DNA of 64,000 nt, from positions 32,001-96,000 of the forward strand of contig CAVQRT010000008.1 in assembly GCA_963715195.1 (NCBI GenBank). The letters run 5' to 3'. The notes under the pieces were generated by a model, which saw nothing but the letters and a program-made list of their open reading frames with translations, did not search any database and was not told where the DNA came from. The position numbers were made by a program, and so were the translations under genes. Positions 55,232-64,000 of the stretch are shown piece by piece. Position 1 is the first letter of the stretch; each line of letters begins with the position of its first letter. Origin of the DNA: Thermodesulfovibrionales bacterium (lineage in GTDB: Bacteria > Nitrospirota > Thermodesulfovibrionia > Thermodesulfovibrionales > SM23-35).

Positions 55232-56776
55232 TTATTTTGATACCAAAGTAAAATTATAAGGTTGTTCAAAGTATGAGAAATAACTTACATCGTCAAGCAT
55301 GGTATAATTGGCACCAAAATAATGATCAAAAATTAATCTGAAAGTATTAACCGGTGTTATAGAATTGTATAAGAGGTGACTGCCGCCTGGTAAATAGTAG
55401 GCATTTAAAATACTTATTCTGCCTTCAATATACTGATCAATATTTTCCCCTATAAGATGCGGCCCGTGATCCGATTGTAAGATAATGATCGGCGGTATTG
55501 CAGATTTATTTAAAATTGTGTCAACTGCTGACTTTATTTTATTATTGACAAAGATTAACTGCTCTATATACTCATCCCTCTTTTCCCACATATTGCTTTG
55601 AAATTGATCAAGAATTGTTGCATGGTGTCTGATAGTTCCATTATGATCAAATAAATAAGGATGATGAGGTAGTAATAAATGTACAAATGTGAATGTTGGT
55701 TGTTTGATGTCGGGTATTGTTTCCAACATCTTTAAAGTATAAAGATGACTATTAGCAAGGTCTTCAATAATGACTGAATTGAATAGTTTTAATACTGTGG
55801 TTTGCGAAAGCACTCTCAAAAATTCGTCATTAAAAAGGCCTTTTTCGTACCCAATCTCTATATCCGCATATTTATTGGATGATGTAGCACCCCACGTTGA
55901 ATTAAAGTGTACAAAAAGATATCCTTTCGATTTGAGGAATTGAGCAACCCGATTATTCCTAATCATTTCATAAGGAATTCTTAAATCATTAGATTCAATT
56001 CCAACTTTGTCAACAAGATAATTGATGAACTCTAAGTTCAAAGAAGATGGTAGAGACAAGAAGGTGTATGCATAATTACTATGACTTTTCGATGCAATAT
56101 AAAATCCTTTATTGGTTAAATAATCAAGAAATTCGCTGTTATCAAAATTATAAAAGTCTCTAAGGATATCTGCTCTGCCATAGCCGTCCAATATAATGTA
56201 ATAAATATCTGGTCTTGCCTCTAAATATGTAAAAGAAGAATTATTGGGGTGTTCAGTGATTGTATTTTGGTGAGCGGAAATTTTGATACTATATATGCCG
56301 ATATTTGAAAGAGACCAAATAATCATGAATGCGGAGAAGACATTGAGGAATCTTGTAGCCAGAAAAAAGTCTTTTTGCTTCCTGAGAATTAATATAATAA
56401 GTCTTCTAGTTATCATGAACCAAATTACTAAAAGACAAAGATGCAATAAAATATCGATTTTACCGCTTGCGTTCATTTTAGCCCATGAAGCTTTGTATAA
56501 AAAATGCTCAGATATCCAATTTAACAATAGTGAATGGAGGTGTCCGTGAGAAAAGAATATAATTAAAAAAAGAGAGACAATAAGTCCGCTTTTTACTATA
56601 TCTCCCAAAATTAATCTCAGAATTTGCGTAAAAATAATAGAAAAACTCAAGAAAAAAATAATTGGAAGGAGTGCTGAAGTGAATGAAGTTTGATCTATAT
56701 TATGAGCGTAGAGGAAAAGAATGGGTATTACAGAAAACAGATAAGGATGAATAACATGTATTTTGTTTATATTCGT
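55232..56776 (-). CDS. Membrane-bound sulfatase/alkaline-phosphatase superfamily transferase (NoeB-like)
   Basis: PDIYYIILDGY, SNY..T..S..S, PH.PY, QSDHG. The frame extends upstream of TTG 56650 to ACG 56776 after a GAGGGG SD. Confidence 0.8.
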   Translation of the reverse strand, partial: TNINKIHVIHPYLFSVIPILFLYAHNIDQTSFTSALLPIIFFLSFSIIFTQILRLILGDIVKSGLIVSLFLIIFFSHGHLHSLLLNWISEHFLYKASWAKMNASGKIDILLHLCLLVIWFMITRRLIILILRKQKDFFLATRFLNVFSAFMIIWSLSNIGIYSIKISAHQNTITEHPNNSSFTYLEARPDIYYIILDGYGRADILRDFYNFDNSEFLDYLTNKGFYIASKSHSNYAYTFLSLPSSLNLEFINYLVDKVGIESNDLRIPYEMIRNNRVAQFLKSKGYLFVHFNSTWGATSSNKYADIEIGYEKGLFNDEFLRVLSQTTVLKLFNSVIIEDLANSHLYTLKMLETIPDIKQPTFTFVHLLLPHHPYLFDHNGTIRHHATILDQFQSNMWEKRDEYIEQLIFVNNKIKSAVDTILNKSAIPPIIILQSDHGPHLIGENIDQYIEGRISILNAYYLPGGSHLLYNSITPVNTFRLIFDHYFGANYTMLDDVSYFSYFEQPYNFTLVSK

Positions 56777-56935
56777 TTGGTTTTTCCCCTCTTAGTAATA
56801 TGATTATCCAAAAAAAATAATTGTTCTATTTGCGGCATCCTTGGCTTAAAAATTGCTAATATAATAACACAAAAATTAGTCTTATTTATTGAAATGTTGG
56901 ATAAAATAGTCTTTAACCCAGGGGGTAACAATGCT

Positions 56936-57169
56936 ATGACACATCTTAGCAGGCTGTCAAAAATAATTTTTTTGTTTGCTTCCTTTTCTTATTGTCTTTT
57001 TCCTGTAAAAGCTTATGCTTATGTTGATCCCGGAACAGGAAGTTACGTCATTCAGATAGTGATTGCGGCATTGCTCGGCATACTTTTTACGATCAAATCG
57101 TTTTGGAATAAACTTAAATCTTTTTTTGTTAACTTGTTCTCAAAACATAAAAGTGACATAACCAAATGA
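56936..57169 (+). CDS. Small membrane protein with AYVDPGTGS motif
   Basis: Signal-like N-terminus, AYAYVDPGTGS, TM helix, basic tail; GGGGGT SD; coupled to the next gene. Confidence 0.8.
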   Translation: MTHLSRLSKIIFLFASFSYCLFPVKAYAYVDPGTGSYVIQIVIAALLGILFTIKSFWNKLKSFFVNLFSKHKSDITK

Positions 57170-58542
57170 TCAATAGAGTGGCGGGTTCTTTTCGAGACCC
57201 GAGCGGTTTTCTTTTCTATCGGGATGGTGTGCTATATCGGCAAGTCAACGTTTTATATAAAGAAAATTATGAGCAATTAATAAATTCGGGATTGTATGAT
57301 GATCTTGTAAAGAGTCAATTAATGATACCGCATGAAGAGGTTGCCAATAAATTAGTACAAGATGCAGATTGTTATAAAGTAATCAAACCAGAAATTATAG
57401 ATTTTATTTCATATCCATACGAATGGTGCTTTAGCCAGTCAAAGAGTGCTGCCTTGCTTACGCTCAGCATTCAGAGAAAAGCGCTTGATTTTGGCATGTC
57501 ATTAAAAGATTGTAGCGCTTATAATGTGCAATTCAGAGGTGCCCGTCCAGTGTTCATTGATACACTCTCTTTTGAAAAATATCGAGAAGGGCTGCCATGG
57601 GTGGCCTACAGACAATTTTGTCAACACTTTCTTGCACCTTTGGCTTTGATGGTTGAGAGGGATATTCGATTAAATCAATTATTCCGGATATACATCGAGG
57701 GCATTCCCTTAGATTTAGCCAGTTCGCTTCTCCCTTACCATACATGGTTCAAAGCATCCTATTTATTGCACATTCATCTTCATGCAAGAAGTCAGAAGCA
57801 TTTTGCAAACAAAAAAATAAAGATTACGCGTCGAAAAATAGGGCGCTCAGAACTTTTAGGACTTATTGACGGATTAGAATCTGCAATAAGTAAAATGAAT
57901 TTTATGCCTGCGAAGTCTGAATGGAGCGATTACTATGAGGATTCTCATTATTCTCAAGAAGCATTTCATCACAAAAAGCAAATAATTTCAGAATTTATCG
58001 ATCGGATAAATCCAAAGTTTGTATGGGATTTAGGTGCAAATATAGGAACGTTTAGTCGTATTGCAAGTAATAAAGGTATTAAAACAATAGCTTTTGATAA
58101 TGATCCTGTTGTTGTTGAAAAAAATTATCTTGAGTGCATTGCTAACAAAGATTCAAATTTGTTTCCCTTAGTGCTTGATCTGAATAATCCAAGTGCAGGT
58201 TTAGGGTGGGAAAATAAAGAAAGAATATCTTTAATAGAACGGGGCAGAGCAGATCTTGTGCTTGCTTTAGCTCTTATTCATCACTTCGCTATTTCTAATA
58301 ATGTCCCCTTCAGTAACATCGCTGAATTACTTAGCGATATATGTAAATCGCTCGTAATCGAATTCGTTCCGAAAGATGATCCACAAATTCAAAGGTTGCT
58401 TTCAACGAGAGAGGATATTTTCAGTGATTATACGCAGCCAAACTTTGAGAGCGAATTCAACAAATATTTCATGATAAAGGCATCTGAAAACATTAAAGAC
58501 TCAATGAGAACCTTGTACTGGATGGAAAACAGAAAATTATAG
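57166..58542 (+). CDS. NoeA-like protein: kinase-like N-domain + class I SAM methyltransferase
   Basis: SFRDPSG, SYPYEW, LKDCSAYN...FID; WDLGAN.G; ALALIHH, IEFVP. Confidence 0.85.
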   Translation: MINRVAGSFRDPSGFLFYRDGVLYRQVNVLYKENYEQLINSGLYDDLVKSQLMIPHEEVANKLVQDADCYKVIKPEIIDFISYPYEWCFSQSKSAALLTLSIQRKALDFGMSLKDCSAYNVQFRGARPVFIDTLSFEKYREGLPWVAYRQFCQHFLAPLALMVERDIRLNQLFRIYIEGIPLDLASSLLPYHTWFKASYLLHIHLHARSQKHFANKKIKITRRKIGRSELLGLIDGLESAISKMNFMPAKSEWSDYYEDSHYSQEAFHHKKQIISEFIDRINPKFVWDLGANIGTFSRIASNKGIKTIAFDNDPVVVEKNYLECIANKDSNLFPLVLDLNNPSAGLGWENKERISLIERGRADLVLALALIHHFAISNNVPFSNIAELLSDICKSLVIEFVPKDDPQIQRLLSTREDIFSDYTQPNFESEFNKYFMIKASENIKDSMRTLYWMENRKL

Positions 58543-60252
58543 TTATAGGAATTTCGCCAAATGAACTTTTGGATGTGTAATTTTGTTCCTAAAGTTTATT
58601 GCTATGAGAATAAAAATCATGATGAGCAAGGATAGCAGTGTTATGAGCTTTGAATAATACCGGATTGGCGTATCAACAAATCTTAATTCAAGCGTATGTC
58701 TGCCTCTTGCAACTTCGATTAGCATAGCACCCGAGTCTCTATCAGTCTGTATTTCGATTTCAGCACCATTCAAATAAGCTTTCCACCCCGGAAAATTAAA
58801 TGTTCTGATCTTTGCCAGTAAAGGTTCCCCTGCGTCTATCTTGATAGTCCTCTTGGCAGACTTCCAACCCGTTATTTCAACCTTACCCGTGCCGCTCATG
58901 ATCTCTATTTCATGATTTGATGAGCCAGATATATTCTCCTTTACTGCCCAAACTGGTAGATGCTCCAAATTCGAATTTTGGACTTTGACAGGCATTAATT
59001 CATGTTGATGAAAGATATGTGCATAATTAATGTACTTTAAATCCAAGAAGATCAGTACGAAAAAAAGTAAAAATATCGATATTCTGAATATTGGTTTTTT
59101 TCTATATTGCGTTATTAAAGACCAAAATATAATCGAGGACAAGAAAGAGGCAGTAAAATTTGTTATATTGAACCATCGTGAAGGAAACTGAATATATTTG
59201 AAAAATGGAATCGTCTCCCACAAAAAAGTCGATATTCCGAATAAAAAAAAGAGACTGAAAATAGTTGCGATCGTGAAAAAAAGACAGATTTCTTTTATGC
59301 TTTTTACTACACTTTGACTTATCCGCACTAAGCAGAAGATACATATGAGGAAAAGAGTGAGAAATAAGAAAAGATAAAAAACGAATGTCTGATGATATAC
59401 GTGCCAGAAATTATCAGCAGGGATTTTATCAGAAAAATCTGGAAGTATGAAGAAGATAGCATAATGAAACCCGCCACCTTCACCAACGAAAGATTTCAGA
59501 CTCAGAAACTGTTTTTCAAAAATAAGAGGAAGAATATATGCTGAAGACACCAAAAATCCAGTTAAGAAAATTACCGGGATAGCTATCAGGGCATTAGGCT
59601 TTTTTCGTGCTACCGCAAAATAAATAATAAATAGTACTATTACAAATGTGAACATATAGGCATTAATGAGGTGTGTCAGGACTAAACCTGCGAAACAAAG
59701 ACCTGCATACAATATATATTTAACTTGGTCTTTTACGATATATCGATAGGCAAACAATAAAATAGGAGGAAACCACATAAAAGATACCATTGAAGCAAAC
59801 GTGCCGATCAAATAAAACTGGAACACGGTATATGGAAATATCAGATAGAATAATGCTGTGAACAATGCGATTTTTTCAGAATAAAATTCTTTGGCGAGGA
59901 AGAACAAGCCCGTGGTTGAAAAGAATAATGCCGTGAACTTGGTAATGTTCATGGCAGAGATTATTGAGTCAACGAATAGATTAAAAAACGCTGTCAGATA
60001 ATAGGCGAATGGGGGATAAAGAATAAAAATGGGACTCCCGTATCCCCAAAAATTAAGTGGTAACCACCTAGGATATATAATTCCTTCTTTTAAAGCTTCA
60101 TAAAACTGCCATGCCCAGTTAGTATATGTATAAGCATCATTTACAATAATAGAAAAATATCCAGGCGTGAGAAGCTGTCTGAGCATTACTAATGCTGAAG
60201 CGATAAATATTATTATAAGACTTGAAATCGTCTTGTTTATTTGTAATTTCAC
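58543..60252 (-). CDS. GT-C superfamily membrane glycosyltransferase (PTPS-related/YfhO-like)
   Basis: YPRW....N.GYGSP.F..YPP, many TMs, QFP.RW, FPGW.A..NG. Confidence 0.8.
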   Translation of the reverse strand: MKLQINKTISSLIIIFIASALVMLRQLLTPGYFSIIVNDAYTYTNWAWQFYEALKEGIIYPRWLPLNFWGYGSPIFILYPPFAYYLTAFFNLFVDSIISAMNITKFTALFFSTTGLFFLAKEFYSEKIALFTALFYLIFPYTVFQFYLIGTFASMVSFMWFPPILLFAYRYIVKDQVKYILYAGLCFAGLVLTHLINAYMFTFVIVLFIIYFAVARKKPNALIAIPVIFLTGFLVSSAYILPLIFEKQFLSLKSFVGEGGGFHYAIFFILPDFSDKIPADNFWHVYHQTFVFYLFLFLTLFLICIFCLVRISQSVVKSIKEICLFFTIATIFSLFFLFGISTFLWETIPFFKYIQFPSRWFNITNFTASFLSSIIFWSLITQYRKKPIFRISIFLLFFVLIFLDLKYINYAHIFHQHELMPVKVQNSNLEHLPVWAVKENISGSSNHEIEIMSGTGKVEITGWKSAKRTIKIDAGEPLLAKIRTFNFPGWKAYLNGAEIEIQTDRDSGAMLIEVARGRHTLELRFVDTPIRYYSKLITLLSLLIMIFILIAINFRNKITHPKVHLAKFL

Positions 60253-61793
60253 AATGAAATTCTCAGTTGAGGGTATATGCTTTTTATCAGTCGGATATCT
60301 CCTGATAATAAGTAAATATTCGTATCGTATAACTTGCTGATAGCGAGTCCTTGTATGCTAACCAGCTTTAGAGATTTCAGTTGGATATCAGTTAAGAGCA
60401 GAAGTGTTAACAAAATCGCGGATGTTCTTTGATAATAAGATTTCATCTGATAAAAATGTTTCTCTGTTTCTTCCCCAAAATATTTTTCTTGTCTCTCCAC
60501 TTGATGAAACTCTGAAGTCTACATCATAAACACTGTATGCAGGCAGATAATACATAATGTGCCTGTAACCATAAAATAAATATGGTTCAACAAATACCCC
60601 TGTGGTAGATGGATCAAATGATTTAATTCTGTCAAGCAATTGCTGAAAGGTTTTTGTCATGATGTTTTATCTCCTGATACGTAACTGGATATTTTGCAAA
60701 AAGGAAGATAATAGTATTAAGGCATTAGTAGCAGTAAAATGATGAATGTTGCAACATTTTTCTTAAGAAGCCTCTCTGATATTGTCAGTCAGATTGCCCT
60801 ATCGAAGCTGCGGTGAGGAGCAGGAGAGCAGGAAGGAAGATAAGGACATATCCCGGATTGGCAGGGTGAATGAAAATAAGGAGATAGAACAGGACGGAAG
60901 GCATAATCCACAGGAGAAAAAAGAAGGATTTTTTGTCTATCAAGGAATCCGAGCTTCCTGTGGCGTATCAGGGAATAGGTTGCAATCCCCAGAATGAAAA
61001 TGCCTGCCCCAATACCATATAACACAAATTTTGCAAGGGCTGTTGAAAATATCTGAAACGATTCCCATCCCTTTTCAAAGACAGAGACATGACCGGTATT
61101 GAATAGCCAGAGTTCTCTGAATGCGCTCTGGTAGGCATTCCAGCCACCTGTCATCCAGACCATGGGGACAAACCAGAGGAGGCAGACAATCACCAAGGAG
61201 TCCAAGGGATGCGATGATTTTTCTGAGTGGTACTCCCTTGACAGAAAATAACCAGAGAGGAAGGAGGAAAACAATCGTATTCTGCCGTATGCCGCCTGCG
61301 ATGCCAAGGGCTATCACAGAGAGCCAGAGGTATTTGTGCTCGCCCTTGAGTATCCTCCAGCACAGAAGAGCAACAAAGGAGCTGAAGAATGCCTCTACCA
61401 CGTATGTTAGTGCTACTTCACCATGAAACCACAGGTTGGGGCTGGTCAGGGCAATGAGGGCGGCAATAACCCCGGTCTTTTTATCGAAGATCTCTTTGCC
61501 GAGATAGTATATGGTAACGACTGCGAGACCGCTGAAGAGGATGCTTATGAATATAAAGGTACTGTTTGCATCTTTGATAAAGAAATTGACGAGTCGTCCG
61601 AGCATAACGTACAAGAAATAGCCGGGAGGGTGGGGCTGGTGGACGGTAATATCGTATTTCTCCAGGGCAAGGGCAAACTGGACTGAATCCAGTGATATAG
61701 AAGTTTGCTTGTGAAGGGAATCCGGGTAATAATCGTTATGGAAAAAAATAATAACAGATAATAAAAGATCATCTTTGCTATATTTTTTCTCAT
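60249..61793 (-). pseudogene. GT-C (DUF2723/PMT-like) glycosyltransferase split by several frameshifts
   Basis: LYHW-DSVQFALA...HQPHPPGY, GIRQN. Pieces in different frames join at ~61690, ~61190, ~60915, ~60650 and ~60420. Confidence 0.75.
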
Positions 61794-61824
61794 GTACTTG
61801 CCTTGCCGTTTCCAAATTCTACCT

Positions 61825-63632
61825 TTAACCTTTATCTTTTTTATTCCTTATTGTTTTCATTAAATCTTTTTCCAGTATCAAGTCTGATATGGACAGTTGC
61901 TTTTGTATGTAATCTCTATCAAGTTGTTTATCTTTGCTGACATAAGACCCATCGCGAAAAATCACGAAACTGTTACTTTCATTCAGAAGGTCTTTGCCTA
62001 AAAAACAGGTATCTGAAATATCAATCCCCAGAATATTAGTGATCGTCGGAGCAAAATCGATTAGTCCTCCGATAGTGTCTATGCTGATGTCCTAAACATT
62101 CTTATCAGGCAGCTTAATAATCAGAGGAATTTTTCTGAGTTCTTCCATATTACTGATCCCCACCATTTTTAAATCATTCTCTTCAAATCTTGCACGATGG
62201 TCTCCATAAATGGCGATAATAGTGTTTGACATTAAGTTATGATCAGATAGGTTTTGCAGAAACTCTCCTATTGCTGAATCAACATAGTGCATAGATCTCA
62301 GATAATTCCCTATCAGTTTTCCTTCCAAATCCCCTAAGGGGAAATTATCAATCTCGGCGGTGACGTCATCAAAAGGCACATGGGTCGTCAGAGTTGTCAA
62401 AAAAACATAGAAAGGAGATGGCAGATTTCTTATTTTTTCTATACTTTGTGCAAAGAAACGCTTATCGCTTAACCCCCAACCGAGATGATCCTCTTTTGAA
62501 TATGCATTTTCATAAAACTGATGCTCAAATCCTAATGCTTTCTCAAACACTGCCCTGTTCCAGTAGGTACTCCTATAGGCATGCATCGTTGCAGTTGTAT
62601 AACCATGATCCCGGAGTATTTGCGGAAGGCAATAATAATCATTCTGAGCATACAGGAACGAAACTGCACCTCTTCTTGATGGATAAAGGGAGCAGTTAGC
62701 AAGAAATGTTGCATCTGAAGTGTTACCGGACCATGTCTGATCATAAATTTGGTTAAAGTGGATGTCCCGTTTTTGCCAATCTATTTAAATTTGGAGTGAC
62801 TTCAGTTCCTTTCCACTTCATGCCAATAACAAAATTTTGTAACGATTCCACCTGAATGACAATTAGATTGCAACCGTGTCCACTTTCTTTCAAATCATTT
62901 TCTTTGCTTCTTATGTTTACTGTTAAAAAAGTCCCTTGTCAGTTCCGTGTCAGCTGCGAAACATTTGTTTTCTTGATTTGTGTTTCCAGATAATTGTAAA
63001 TGTCAAAAATCTGATAATTGACAATCCCAGGAGTATAAACAAGAAATTTTCTTTCGAAAACAGACTTGAAATAGTTGTAGTTGAGCAGATTGAAAAAATA
63101 CAAAGGAAAAATATTAAAAAAAAGCCCCAAAAGTAAAAAAAGACTGAAACCCCTTACCCAATTTAATGCGGATATTAGCTGATGCGTGTTTTTTTAGCCA
63201 GGGAAGAGGAAAGGTAAAAAGATTAAATCCGCGACGAAGAAAAGCTCCTTGCCAATCATTTTAATGATTATGGGAACAATAGAACTCAACATCGATATCT
63301 GATGTACATTGTAAAGAGAACCAAAGTCATTAAAAAAGCGAAAATAAAGGGACTGAGAAAGATACAGCAGGGATAAAATTGCGTTTAATGAAAACAGATA
63401 TGTAAGCTTTCCGGTTCGATTCTTTATAAATAGTGAGACAGAGACTAAAAATAAAGTAATTCCGAATGTCGGGAAGAAGAGTTAATAGGAATGAATAGAA
63501 TGTAATTTTGTCATCGTATGATAAATATATGAATAATATTTCTTTGATAATCAGGATGCATAGAAATATAATGAAAGGGATATCATGCGCAGCGGCATAA
63601 AGAACAGATTTATTCTTCGATTTTAATTTCAT
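61825..63632 (-). pseudogene. LTA synthase (LtaS)/sulfatase family membrane protein, multiply frameshifted
   Basis: NLIVIQVES.Q, TPNL, GNTSDA, TLTTHVPF, HYVDSAIG, YGDH, IPLII and G.IDFAPTI..ILGI fragments in changing frames. Confidence 0.75.
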
Positions 63633-63956
63633 GTCCAATGTCAGTATTTGAAGCATCAATTGTGCCAATCGGAAGTTCGAGGACACTGAATGATTGGGAT
63701 AGAGGCGGGTTAAACGATTCGGAGTGAGATTGCTGACAACAGCGATAACCTGATTTTTTTTATTTAAAAAAAGAACGTCTATGGGGAATTGCATAAAGAA
63801 TGTATGGACTGAAAAACACGGTTTGATCCAGAGTGCTTCACCTTGAGGCAGTTCTTTTCTTCCAAGAAGCCCTTTCATTCGGGTGAAAAGGGTGTCTGCA
63901 ACTCTGACGTTGGTTGCCAAAACTTTGCCGGTTCTGTTGTTAATTGCCTGTATCAT
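63610..63956 (-). pseudogene. DUF192 family protein with one frameshift (~63693)
   Basis: ADT..TRMKGLLGR, SVHTFFM.FPIDV; the shifted frame supplies SVLELP.G...IG.EI.IEE*. Confidence 0.8.
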
Positions 63957-64000
63957 TTGTCATCTTTTTTTCATCCTCGTCTTCGACGACCACCGGTTCT

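Noticed and set aside
63330..63956. 208-aa ORF as a DUF192-membrane fusion
   Set aside because: It is an artefact of a frameshift at ~63693 joining DUF192 to the start of the LtaS-like gene.

Overview
Bacterial chromosomal segment. Gene content and order suggest a diderm anaerobe such as a Nitrospirota/Thermodesulfovibrionia- or Deltaproteobacteria-like lineage; this is inference only. 1-30 kb is mostly housekeeping: DUF512 radical SAM, pgsA, rpe, PASTA, DUF116, fmt, def, thrS-infC-rpmI-rplT-pheST, zur-znuACB, mqnBD, a DUF89 phosphatase, a porin-DUF4198-cbiMLQO Ni/Co uptake operon, rpsP-khpA-trmD-rplS-rnhB, argDF and an M23 peptidase. 30.5-64 kb is accessory. It holds a LysM-FecR-FN3 / CHASE2 kinase / NarL / REC / Zn-ribbon / RpoD-paralog signalling cascade, and an apparently uncharacterised synthase-type surface-glycan operon (membrane protein, processive GT2, beta-helix protein, CE4 deacetylase, WecB, YaiO barrel). 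It also holds a promoter-driven 6S-like hairpin RNA, several PilZ/MshEN c-di-GMP effectors (two PilZ-J-domain-TPR proteins across the window), decayed and intact toxin-antitoxin genes among MITE/REP/PATE-like elements, and an AT-rich envelope-modification island (sulfatase-like proteins, NoeA-like kinase-methyltransferase, GT-C enzymes). Notable non-coding signals: non-ATG starts for thrS (ATC) and infC (ATA), a kissing-loop L20-type leader, a near-consensus leaderless promoter for pheT, a Zur box, and an unrecognised terminator-type leader before the Ni/Co operon. Single-base frameshifts cluster at 42-44 kb and 60-64 kb and may be assembly errors. No rRNA, tRNA or CRISPR array was found.
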